From Methanobacteriota archaeon (GTDB lineage: Archaea; Thermoplasmatota; Thermoplasmata; SG8-5; JAGLSY01): a DNA stretch of 64,000 nucleotides. The translations under genes were made by a program, and so were the position numbers. Where the stretch lies: the NCBI GenBank assembly GCA_020697715.1, contig JAEHCO010000003.1, positions 128,001 through 192,000 on the forward strand. The letters are read 5' to 3'. The notes below the pieces were generated by a model. It saw nothing but the letters and a program-made list of their open reading frames with translations. It was not told the DNA's origin and ran no database searches. Positions 46,860 to 56,082 of the stretch are shown in pieces. Every line of letters starts with the position of its first letter. The first letter of the stretch is position 1.

Positions 46860-48259
46860 GTGAAGAATACCAACCACCAGATGGTTACAGAGGTCCTCTT
46901 CTTGAGCGATTGGTCGAGGCCAAGATACGCACGTGGTCAGTGATCCAGGTGAATAAGACTGACGGATCACATTATGAGGGTGTGCTTCTGCCACGTTCCA
47001 TCCACACTTCTGATGATTATCTTTCCATCAAGGTGGACACTGGCTATAATATTGGCATCCAGCTTCCCGATGATGCCACAATAAAAGAGGTCGGCTACAA
47101 TGCGGGATCGTATCAAATTCCTGAGAAGATAGTGGAGAAGACAGCTGGACTTCCAAATGTCACGCTACTGGGCACAGGAGGAACAGTGGCCAGTCGTCTT
47201 GATTATCGAACTGGAGCCGTACTACCAGCCTTCACCCCATCCGAGCTTTTCTCCGCAGTTCCCGAGCTCATCGACATATGCAATTTAACTCCAAAGACCC
47301 TTTACCAGATACTTTCAGAGAACTTCTGCCCCGAATACTGGATAAAAACAGCTGAGGCAGTGGCCAAGGAGATCGAGGGCGGAGCAGATGGTGTGATAAT
47401 CGGTCATGGCACCGACACAATGAGCTATTCTGGCTCGGCACTTTCATACATGTTCCAGGACCTTCCAGTTCCAGTGGTCATCGTGGGCTCGCAGAGAAGC
47501 AGTGACCGCCCATCCAGTGATGGGCCCATAAACATGATGAACGCCACCACACTGGCCGCCTATGGTGATTTGGCAGAAGTGGTCGTCGTCATGCACGGGA
47601 CGACGAGCGACAATTACGACCTCATCCACAGAGCGACAAGGGTGCGCAAGATGCACAGTGCGCGGAGAGATACATTCCGCACTGTCAGTGATACCCCATT
47701 GGGCCAGATCAAGGATAAGGAGATCAAATACTTCAAGGACGATATCAGACGCCGCAGCCCGAAAGAGGACTTCCATCTGAACACCAAGATGGACGAGCGC
47801 GTGACCATGTTGTATTTCTACCCTGGCATGGAACCGGATGTCATGCACGCGGTCATCGACAAAGGCTATCATGGAATTGTCATGATCGGCACCGGATTGG
47901 GACATGTTGGCAAGCCCATGTATGAGGCTCTGGACAGAGCGCAGGAAGAAGAAATTCCTGTGGTCATTGTCGTCCAGCCAATGTTCGGCTTCTCACATCT
48001 TAGGGTTTACGAAACGGGCCGTGACATGCTTGCCCGTGGAGTGATAGAGGGCAAGAACATGCTTCCCGAGGCAGCACTTCCAAAACTCATGTGGGCGCTT
48101 GGCCAGACACAGGATGTGAAGGAAGTGGAAAAGATCATGCACACCAATCTCGCGGGCGAGATCACACAAAGAGAGCCATACAGTGGATTCCCAATATTCC
48201 AGGGTGGCGTTCCGAACTTCTATGATAATTATCGGAATGTCGATAGGCTGGAGAAGTAA
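46856..48259 (+). CDS. gatD: Glu-tRNA(Gln) amidotransferase subunit D
   Basis: GYNIGI N-domain, TGGTVASRLDYRTGAV, HGTDT, GSQRSSDRPSSD and RKMHS.RRDTF; ATG 46856 follows GGAGGT. Confidence 0.93.
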   Translation: MSEEYQPPDGYRGPLLERLVEAKIRTWSVIQVNKTDGSHYEGVLLPRSIHTSDDYLSIKVDTGYNIGIQLPDDATIKEVGYNAGSYQIPEKIVEKTAGLPNVTLLGTGGTVASRLDYRTGAVLPAFTPSELFSAVPELIDICNLTPKTLYQILSENFCPEYWIKTAEAVAKEIEGGADGVIIGHGTDTMSYSGSALSYMFQDLPVPVVIVGSQRSSDRPSSDGPINMMNATTLAAYGDLAEVVVVMHGTTSDNYDLIHRATRVRKMHSARRDTFRTVSDTPLGQIKDKEIKYFKDDIRRRSPKEDFHLNTKMDERVTMLYFYPGMEPDVMHAVIDKGYHGIVMIGTGLGHVGKPMYEALDRAQEEEIPVVIVVQPMFGFSHLRVYETGRDMLARGVIEGKNMLPEAALPKLMWALGQTQDVKEVEKIMHTNLAGEITQREPYSGFPIFQGGVPNFYDNYRNVDRLEK

Positions 48260-48530
48260 AAATCACTTATTTAGGTCATTCATTATATCGAATTTATTTG
48301 TTGATCAATCATTCAGATATGATTTTGGTAGGGCCTGATATCGATTGAATATTTTAATTTATTATATTTATTCATATACCCTAAATAGCTATAATAAAAG
48401 CAAACCTTGATAAAGGAGGTCTCATATCGGGAAGCGCGCACACCCGTGCGCATATCAATCGCATAGTGATGTGTGTAATACGCGCATACTGTCGCGACCA
48501 TTACACATTAGAGAGAGAGGAGGATCATAA

Positions 48531-49598
48531 ATGATGGATCTCTATGAGCTCGTTGAAAGTATCGTCGTCATGCTAATTGGCTGGATCGACCAGTGGGTCC
48601 CAGATCAATTAGACTTTCTGATATCGCCTACTAGCATACATGCTTACGTGGTATTGGGAATGGCCGCCGTGATACTGGTGATATGTCTTTTGAATGTCGT
48701 CGTAATGATATGGATAGAACGTAAGTTCATCGCCAGGTTGATGGATCGCCGAGGTCCAACAGAAGTTGGTTTCATGGGTTTCCTTCAGAATGTCGCTGAT
48801 GGTCTGAAGCTCTTTCTCAAAGAGGTCATCACCCCACAGGGTGTCGATCGCTGGGTGTATGTCATGGCTCTCGTGCTGTACATCGGTTCCTCCATCACCG
48901 TATTAGCCCTTGTCCCAATGAGTGACAGGTTCTTCATGGCAAATGTAGAAGGCGGACTTTTCATGATATTCGCCATATTCACCCTGGCTCCCTTTTTCAT
49001 ATTCATAGCTGGCTGGTCGCAGAATAACAAATACTCCTTGATCGGGGGAATGCGTTCAGCCGCCCAGATGATCAGTTACGAAATACCACTTATGCTATCA
49101 GTTATAGGTGTGATATTGATGGCTGGCTCCCTGAGCATATCCGCGATAGTCAATGCCCAGAGCAGTATCTGGTTCATCATTCCTTCATTCATAGGATTCT
49201 TTGTTTTCATAATTGGTGTACTGGCTGAAGTCGAAAGAATTCCTTTCGATCTTCCAGAGGCAGAAGCCGAGTTGGTCGAGGGATGGACCACGGAATACGG
49301 TAGTATCAGGTTCGGCCTGATAATGTTCGTTTCCTATCTTCGTGGCTATGTCGGTTGTGCACTGGCGGTCTTCCTCTTCTTCGGAGGATGGCTTGGACCC
49401 TTCACCGCTTACATGCCACCAGAGGCCTGGTTCCTCATCAAGGTCTATATCCTTTTCATGATCTTGGTCTGGCTTAGAGCCTCCGCACCAAGGATAAGGA
49501 TAGATCAGCTTATCCAGATTGGCTGGAAGAGGTTATTGCCTTTGGCCATGCTCAATATAGTGATCGCAGTTATATTTACAACAATGGGGTGGATTTAG
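48531..49598 (+). CDS. nuoH: Complex I-like subunit H
   Basis: ERKFIAR..DRRGP, ADGLKL..KE, NNKYSL.GGMRS.AQMISYE and RIPFDLPEAEAELVEG. Confidence 0.95.
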   Translation: MMDLYELVESIVVMLIGWIDQWVPDQLDFLISPTSIHAYVVLGMAAVILVICLLNVVVMIWIERKFIARLMDRRGPTEVGFMGFLQNVADGLKLFLKEVITPQGVDRWVYVMALVLYIGSSITVLALVPMSDRFFMANVEGGLFMIFAIFTLAPFFIFIAGWSQNNKYSLIGGMRSAAQMISYEIPLMLSVIGVILMAGSLSISAIVNAQSSIWFIIPSFIGFFVFIIGVLAEVERIPFDLPEAEAELVEGWTTEYGSIRFGLIMFVSYLRGYVGCALAVFLFFGGWLGPFTAYMPPEAWFLIKVYILFMILVWLRASAPRIRIDQLIQIGWKRLLPLAMLNIVIAVIFTTMGWI

Positions 49599-50360
49599 AT
49601 GGCTGATATCAAAATAAGAACATCATCCGATAGGCCTGATACCCGAGATCCAGGATTTACCACTGGTGCATCTGGATTCGTCAAGCTTGTCGTTAAGCCA
49701 ATGGGAGTTTCCATGAAGCAATTCCTAAGGAGCTTGAAGCGCCCAACTACCTTGATGTATCCGAGGGAAAGACCGGATGGTCAGGTGGAGCTGAAACCCG
49801 AGAACAGGTTCGGTGTCGAAGGGTGCTGGGAATTCTTTAGAGGATGTCATGGTCTGGATGAAAACCTATGTGTGAGCTGTGGGCTCTGTGAAAGGATATG
49901 CCCCAATAATTGCATCACACTGGTCGAATATGAGGGCAGGAAGCTTCCGCAAGTGGATCAGAGTCGATGTATGTTCTGCACTCTGTGTGTGGAGATATGT
50001 CCGAAAGACGCACTTGGTATGACCCATGATTTTGATATTTCCGGATTCACCAGGGAAGAACTTCTTTCCACGGTTGCGGACCTGATAGCCAGGAAAGATA
50101 GGATGGCGAGGCCAGCTCTACCTGCCAAGGTCATAGCATTCCCTGTTATCGATCTGGAAGGCTGTATTGGCTGTGCCAAATGTGCGAAGGAATGTCCACC
50201 TGGGGCTCTGGAAATGTATGAGCCAGCAGATCAGGTCGTTCCAGAAGGCAAGAAGCCGAAGAAGAAACCAAAGCTCAATCGTGAGATATGTGTTTCATGT
50301 GGCATCTGTGAGTCACAGTGTCCAAAAGATGTTATAGATATGAAGGAGGTAAATCCATGA
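49599..50360 (+). CDS. nuoI: Complex I-like subunit I with an extra 2x[4Fe-4S] domain
   Basis: T.MYP.E and FRGCH, with four CxxCxxCxxxCP motifs. Confidence 0.88.
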   Translation: MADIKIRTSSDRPDTRDPGFTTGASGFVKLVVKPMGVSMKQFLRSLKRPTTLMYPRERPDGQVELKPENRFGVEGCWEFFRGCHGLDENLCVSCGLCERICPNNCITLVEYEGRKLPQVDQSRCMFCTLCVEICPKDALGMTHDFDISGFTREELLSTVADLIARKDRMARPALPAKVIAFPVIDLEGCIGCAKCAKECPPGALEMYEPADQVVPEGKKPKKKPKLNREICVSCGICESQCPKDVIDMKEVNP

Positions 50361-50629
50361 TAGATTTTGAACAGTTGGCATTCTTTTCAATAAGTGCCAT
50401 GATACTTGTATCGGCGATACAGGTGCTGCGATGTAATGAGATTATACACAGTGTCATGTGGCTTGGCCTATCCTTCATAGGCATAGCGGGCATATTCATT
50501 CTCCTGAATGCGGAGTATTTGGCGATAGTACAGATATTAGTATATGCAGGAGCAATAACAATTCTGATACTCTTTGCGGTCATGCTTACAAGGCGTCAGA
50601 TAATGGATCAAAAGGGGGGTGAAAAATGA
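50357..50629 (+). CDS. nuoJ: Complex I-like subunit J, N-terminal half
   Basis: L.AEYLAIVQILVYAGAI.IL.LFAVML; ATG 50357 follows GGAGGT. Confidence 0.9.
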   Translation: MIDFEQLAFFSISAMILVSAIQVLRCNEIIHSVMWLGLSFIGIAGIFILLNAEYLAIVQILVYAGAITILILFAVMLTRRQIMDQKGGEK

Positions 50630-50856
50630 ACTCTTCTAATCTATTCAAGTCGGTCGTGGCTTTGATGCTCATCGTCTTCATGTTGTTCATTATCACTCAA
50701 GCCGATTTCGATGATGATACCAAGCAGGAATCATCAATGAACGATCTGGGAACCAGTCTGTTCGAGGACAATTACCTACCATTCGTGCTTCTGTCACTGG
50801 TATTGTTCGCGGCCATGATGGGCTCAGTATATATTGCGAAGGAGAGAGACGAATGA
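50626..50856 (+). CDS. nuoJ: Complex I-like subunit J, C-terminal half (split gene)
   Basis: LG..LF..NYLPF..LSLVLFAAMMGSV.IA; ATGA-coupled to both neighbours. Confidence 0.8.
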   Translation: MNSSNLFKSVVALMLIVFMLFIITQADFDDDTKQESSMNDLGTSLFEDNYLPFVLLSLVLFAAMMGSVYIAKERDE

Positions 50857-51155
50857 TACCTCTAAATTATTATCTGGTACTATCCGCCATGCTCTTTTGC
50901 ATTGGTGTATACGGTGTATTGACCAAGAAGAATGCGATATACGTGCTGATGTCCATTGAGATCATGTTGAACTCGGTGAACATCAACTTTGTCGCTTTCT
51001 CCACTTATAATGGAGATATGTCCGGGCAGGTATTCGCCCTCTTCTCCATCGCACTGGCAGCAGCTGAAGTGGCTATTGGATTGGCCATATTCCTGTTGCT
51101 CTACAAGAGGCATGGGACCGTGGAGCTCAACAATATAAGGATACTGAGGTGGTAA
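50853..51155 (+). CDS. nuoK: Complex I-like subunit K
   Basis: LF.IG.YGVL, LMSIEIMLN, GQVF and AAAEVAIGLA. Confidence 0.95.
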   Translation: MIPLNYYLVLSAMLFCIGVYGVLTKKNAIYVLMSIEIMLNSVNINFVAFSTYNGDMSGQVFALFSIALAAAEVAIGLAIFLLLYKRHGTVELNNIRILRW

Positions 51156-51156
51156 A

Positions 51157-53112
51157 ATGACATGGGTAGAATTTTCTTACTTGATACCGATCATACCTTT
51201 CATCGCCTTCCTGATAGTGGCTTTCTTCGGAAATAAGATGAAAGAAGGCGGAGCGCCAGTGACAATTGCAGCTGTCGCTACCACTTTCGTACTATCTGTT
51301 CTGGTATTGTTCGATGTAATTGAGAATGGATCTTATGAGACATCCATGAATTGGATCGCAGGAACTGGTCTGGAGGTTGGTATATACATCGACAGCCTGA
51401 CAGCTCTGATGCTCATCGTGGTCACCTTTGTTTCCCTGATGGTATCGATATACTCTCTGGGTTACATGCATGATGATCCATGCAAGAGGCGTTACTATGC
51501 CGAGATAGCCCTTTTCGTAGGCTCCATGCTCGGTCTGGTACTGGCCAATAATTTCCTATTGATGTTCATCTTCTGGGAATTGGTGGGAGTTTGCTCCTAT
51601 CTTCTCATTGGATTCTGGTATCAGAAACCCGCGGCTGCAAGCGCGGCTAAAAAAGCTTTCCTTGTTACCAGGATAGGAGATGTTCTTTTCCTAACTGGCA
51701 TAGCGATGTTGTATGTGAAGTTCGGAACATTGAACTTTGTTGAATTGGAACATCTAATGGGGCATGATGTCCAGGGACTTCTGCTTCCAGCTCTCCTCCT
51801 GTTCGCAGGAGCGGTTGGAAAGAGTGCGCAGTTCCCATTGCATGTCTGGTTACCAAATGCGATGGAGGGTCCGACCACGGTCAGTGCCCTTATACATGCG
51901 GCCACGATGGTCAAGGCAGGAGTGTATCTGGTAGCCAGATCGTACTTCATTTTGGAGCATGTTCCTGATGCTTTCCTTATTATAGCGATAATCGGAGGGA
52001 TAACAGCTCTCATGGCAGCGACAATGGCGCTTGTCCAGTACGATATCAAAGGCGTGCTGGCATATTCCACCATCAGCCAGCTGGGGTACATGATGCTGGC
52101 TCTTGGAGCCGGGGCTCATGCCTTTGGTTATACCGCTGGTATGTTCCATCTGATGAACCACGCCTTCTTCAAGGCTCTACTCTTCTTGGCAGCTGGCAGT
52201 GTGATACACGCGGTCGGTTCCAATGATATGCGGAAGATGGGTGGTTTGCACAAGCACATGAAGATCACATCGATAACCATGCTGATAGGCTCGCTATCTA
52301 TAGCGGGATTCCCATTTATGAGTGGTTTCTTCAGCAAGGACGAGGTACTTTCATCGGTCTGGCATGCGGCAGCTGATAACAATATCTACTACGTACTGTA
52401 CGCGATGGGAGTGATAACCGCTTTCCTCACAGCCTTCTACATGTTCAGGCTCTGGTATATGACATTCTCCGGAGAACAAAGGGACAAGAGCTATCATCCT
52501 CACGAGTCGCCAAAGACAATGACGATACCACTGATGCTTCTGGCCATATTGGCCGCAGGAGCCGGTTTCTCCTTCTTCTTCGGCTTCCAGGACTTCATTT
52601 ACTTCGGGCACGCACCGCATGTCACTATCGTTCATATGTTCGAGATGTGGCAGACCTGGCTATCAATTGCCGCTGGTCTGGGCGGTATCGGCCTCGCGAC
52701 CCTGGTCTACTATAAGGGAACGATATCACCAAGTACCTTCACCGCAGGACCTGGCAGAAGGGCAGTACGCCATATGCTGGAAATGAAATACTGGATGGAT
52801 GAGATCTACATGGGCATAGCGGAGAAAGGCGTGTACGGTCTATCTCTACTCATGGACAAGTTCGACAGAAATGTCGTGGACGGTGCTATCAATGGTATAT
52901 CCAGTGGTGGTATTGGCCTTGGTCATGCATCCAATGAGTTCGACAAGGGCGTCATAGACGGTGCTGTCAATGGATTGAGCAAGGGCTCTTTCAAGGGCGG
53001 AAAGGCACTCTGGAACCTCCAAAGTGGCAGGGTTCAGGATTATGCCTCGATGATGATATTGGGTGTTTGTGGATTGATTGTCCTTATGATGTTGACGGGG
53101 GTGATCTCTTGA
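51157..53112 (+). CDS. nuoL: Complex I-like antiporter subunit L with extended lateral helix
   Basis: FWELVG.CSYLLIGFW, GKSAQFPLHVWLP.AMEGPT, AYSTISQLGYM and HAFFKALLFL; 26-aa duplication near the C-terminus. Confidence 0.95.
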   Translation: MTWVEFSYLIPIIPFIAFLIVAFFGNKMKEGGAPVTIAAVATTFVLSVLVLFDVIENGSYETSMNWIAGTGLEVGIYIDSLTALMLIVVTFVSLMVSIYSLGYMHDDPCKRRYYAEIALFVGSMLGLVLANNFLLMFIFWELVGVCSYLLIGFWYQKPAAASAAKKAFLVTRIGDVLFLTGIAMLYVKFGTLNFVELEHLMGHDVQGLLLPALLLFAGAVGKSAQFPLHVWLPNAMEGPTTVSALIHAATMVKAGVYLVARSYFILEHVPDAFLIIAIIGGITALMAATMALVQYDIKGVLAYSTISQLGYMMLALGAGAHAFGYTAGMFHLMNHAFFKALLFLAAGSVIHAVGSNDMRKMGGLHKHMKITSITMLIGSLSIAGFPFMSGFFSKDEVLSSVWHAAADNNIYYVLYAMGVITAFLTAFYMFRLWYMTFSGEQRDKSYHPHESPKTMTIPLMLLAILAAGAGFSFFFGFQDFIYFGHAPHVTIVHMFEMWQTWLSIAAGLGGIGLATLVYYKGTISPSTFTAGPGRRAVRHMLEMKYWMDEIYMGIAEKGVYGLSLLMDKFDRNVVDGAINGISSGGIGLGHASNEFDKGVIDGAVNGLSKGSFKGGKALWNLQSGRVQDYASMMILGVCGLIVLMMLTGVIS

Positions 53113-53161
53113 GACTACTGAATCAAGATAAGACCGCAATGAAATGGAGGTCGATATAGTG
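53107..53161 (+). promoter_or_regulatory. Junction cassette (family B) with coupled mini-ORF 53109-53159
   Basis: Stems TCTTGA/TCAAGA and GACC/GGTC (the second covers part of GGAGGT). ORF (TTG)RLLNQDKTAMKWRSI* overlaps the nuoL stop (TTGA) and the nuoM GTG (TAGTG). Confidence 0.7.
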
Positions 53162-54640
53162 GCTATCGCAGATCTACCTTTATTGACCATCACACTTCTG
53201 ATACCAGTTATCGGAACTCTAGCAGTGTTCTTCATGAAGAATGAGGATAATGCGAAAAAGCTAGCCCTCATATTCTCATTGATACCTCTTGGAATGTCCA
53301 TTCTCATATGGTCATTGTTCGAGATAGGTGGCGGATACCAGTTCATGGAATCCCATACCTGGATAGAATCCATCGGGATCTCATATACTGTGGCTATCGA
53401 TGGACTGAGCTTACCAATGCTCTTCCTCACGACCCTGCTGATCCCTCTTTCCATCGTGTTCGCATGGGATACCAAGAAAAGACAGAAAGAGTTCTTCGGG
53501 CTTCTTCTCATGATCGAGGTTGGACTGATCGGTGTGTTCGTATCACTGGATTTCTTCCTGTTCTACATATTCTGGGAACTTGTTCTGATCCCGATGTATT
53601 TCTTCATCGGCATTTGGGGAGGTCCAAGAAAGCATTATGCAGCCATCAAGTTCTTCATATTCACTCATGTTGGCAGTGTGATAATGCTTCTTGCTATATT
53701 CGCGCTTTACTTCGAGTCAGCCAGCGTATTAGGATATGCCACCTTCAATATGATGGACATCGCCACCGTGAGTCCGACCTTCACAGCGGCTTTCCAAGGA
53801 GCGGCTTTCCTTGCATTGTTATTTGGCTTTGCAGTGAAGATGCCAGCAGTTCCTGTTCATACTTGGCTTCCAGATGCTCATGTCGAGGCACCAACAGCCG
53901 GCTCAGTTATCCTGGCTGGAGTCATGCTTAAGATGGGCGGATACGGTCTGTTCAGAGTGGGTATAACGATGTTGCCAGAAGGCGCGATGGAGTATTATTG
54001 GGTCATGGCCGCCCTTGGAGTGGTGGGCATGATATATGGTGCTCTAATATGCCTCGCACAGGTCGATCTGAAAAAGATGATCGCTTATTCCAGTATCAGT
54101 CATATGGGATTCGTGCTGTTGGGTGCATCTGCTCTTAATCTGGTAGGTGTGGCTGGTGGAATTTATCAGATGTTCAGTCATGGTATTGTGACCGCTGTTC
54201 TTTTCATGATGTGCGGTGTCATTCACCATAAGACTGGAACAAGGGATATCCCAAAACTACAAGGTCTGATAACCAAAATGCCACAGGCATCTTTCATATT
54301 GATAATCGGATTCCTGGCATCACTTGGTCTTCCAGGTATGAATGGGTTCGTCAGCGAGCTCATGGTGTTCGTGGGTGCTTATGAAGCATATTCCATCTTC
54401 ATAGTCGTGCCTTTGATAACACTCGCTATTGGAGCCGCTTACTATATCTGGACTATGCAGAGGATCCTCATGGGCGATTTCAATGAGAAGCTGGGTAATG
54501 TCACAGATCTTGAAAAATATGAATTGATACCACTAGCAATATTGGTGGTATTCATAATATTCCTCGGTTTCTATCCAAACCCGTTACTTGATGTGATATA
54601 TCCTGCAGCTGAGGCAGTTCTTGGAGGTGTTTTGTTATGA
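53159..54640 (+). CDS. nuoM: Complex I-like antiporter subunit M, copy 1
   Basis: FWEL.LIPMY, HTWLPDAHVEAPT.GSVILAGV.LKMGGYG and AYSSISHMG; GTG 53159 follows GGAGGT. Confidence 0.95.
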   Translation: MAIADLPLLTITLLIPVIGTLAVFFMKNEDNAKKLALIFSLIPLGMSILIWSLFEIGGGYQFMESHTWIESIGISYTVAIDGLSLPMLFLTTLLIPLSIVFAWDTKKRQKEFFGLLLMIEVGLIGVFVSLDFFLFYIFWELVLIPMYFFIGIWGGPRKHYAAIKFFIFTHVGSVIMLLAIFALYFESASVLGYATFNMMDIATVSPTFTAAFQGAAFLALLFGFAVKMPAVPVHTWLPDAHVEAPTAGSVILAGVMLKMGGYGLFRVGITMLPEGAMEYYWVMAALGVVGMIYGALICLAQVDLKKMIAYSSISHMGFVLLGASALNLVGVAGGIYQMFSHGIVTAVLFMMCGVIHHKTGTRDIPKLQGLITKMPQASFILIIGFLASLGLPGMNGFVSELMVFVGAYEAYSIFIVVPLITLAIGAAYYIWTMQRILMGDFNEKLGNVTDLEKYELIPLAILVVFIIFLGFYPNPLLDVIYPAAEAVLGGVLL

Positions 54641-56082
54641 TACCATATATATCTCTGATATTGTTGATAACCTTGTTAGGAGCGATCCTGACATACCTAT
54701 TGGGCAAGGAAGACAAAACTGCCAAGCTGGTAGCTATAATCTTCTCCATCATACCCTTGATCCTCACCATCGTGATGTGGGCGACAATGGACTTTAATCT
54801 ATTGGAATTCCAATTCGTGGAAGATATCCCCTGGATAAGCCAATTGGGAATATCCTACACACTTGGTGTGGATGGATTGAGCTTCCCGATGGTCCTATTA
54901 GCGACAATACTGATGCCATTGGCTCTCATATTCTCATGGGATGTCAAACACAGGGTGAAGGAATACTTCGCTTTGATGCTGATGCTGGAAGTCGCCATGA
55001 TCGGTGTGTTCGTATCACTGGACATGTTCCTCTTCTTCATATTCTGGGAAGTTGGACTCGTTCCAATGTACTTCCTCATATCGGTATGGGGAGGCCCAAG
55101 GAAGAAATATGCCGCAGTCAAGTTCTTCCTTTTCACCCAGGCGGCAAGTATCCTTGTCCTGCTTGGTATAGCGGCCATATACTTCGAGATCGGTTCTTTC
55201 AGCCTCATAGACGCTCTGGCGAATGCAGGATCTATGGCAAGGGCAGTTCAGATACCGATATTCTTGGGATTCCTGATAGGGTTCGGGGCAAAGATGCCTA
55301 TTGTGCCATTGCATACTTGGCTTCCAGATGCGCATGTTGAAGCTCCAACCGGAGGTAGCGTTATCTTGGCAGGTGTGCTTCTGAAGATGGGAGGATACGG
55401 CCTGATAAGGTTTGGTATTCAGCTAATGCCCGAAGCAAGGGAATATTTCATGCCAGTCATGGCCGTGATCGGTGTTATAAGTATGATATACGGAGCAATG
55501 CTCTGTCTAGCACAGACCGACTTCAAGCGTTTGATAGCATATTCCAGTGTGAGCCACATGGGTCTTGTTCTTCTTGGTATAGCCACCATGACGATGAGTG
55601 GCCTGAGCGGTGCGATCTATCAGATGTTCGCTCATGGTCTGGTATCTGGTGGTCTGTTCATGATGGCCGGTGTCCTGCTCCACAAGACGGGCACGAGGGA
55701 TATCAGGGTGCTCCGAGGTCTTGCTCCAAAGATACCTCTCGCGGTAGTGGCATTGATCACTCTTTCAATGGCATCACTTGGATTACCAGGTCTTGTTAGC
55801 TTCATAACAGAAGTTCTCATATTCGTGGGAACCTACGAGGCCTTTGGTCTCTGGGTGTTCGTGCCATTGATAGCAGCTGTTCTTACTGCCGCTTACTATC
55901 TGTGGATGCTCCAGAAGGTTGCTTTCGGGCCATACAATGAGGAATTGGGCAATGATCTACATGACCTCTATGGTTACGAGCTCATACCATTGGCCATACT
56001 GATGTTCCTCATAGTGCTCTTTGGAATATATCCTGCAGCGGTGCTTAACATGGTGACAGCCTTTTCAGGAGGGATAATATGA
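54637..56082 (+). CDS. nuoM: Complex I-like antiporter subunit M, copy 2
   Basis: Same NuoM motifs (HTWLPDAHVEAPTGGSVILAG, AYSSVSHMG); a full-length diverged paralog. Confidence 0.95.
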   Translation: MIPYISLILLITLLGAILTYLLGKEDKTAKLVAIIFSIIPLILTIVMWATMDFNLLEFQFVEDIPWISQLGISYTLGVDGLSFPMVLLATILMPLALIFSWDVKHRVKEYFALMLMLEVAMIGVFVSLDMFLFFIFWEVGLVPMYFLISVWGGPRKKYAAVKFFLFTQAASILVLLGIAAIYFEIGSFSLIDALANAGSMARAVQIPIFLGFLIGFGAKMPIVPLHTWLPDAHVEAPTGGSVILAGVLLKMGGYGLIRFGIQLMPEAREYFMPVMAVIGVISMIYGAMLCLAQTDFKRLIAYSSVSHMGLVLLGIATMTMSGLSGAIYQMFAHGLVSGGLFMMAGVLLHKTGTRDIRVLRGLAPKIPLAVVALITLSMASLGLPGLVSFITEVLIFVGTYEAFGLWVFVPLIAAVLTAAYYLWMLQKVAFGPYNEELGNDLHDLYGYELIPLAILMFLIVLFGIYPAAVLNMVTAFSGGII

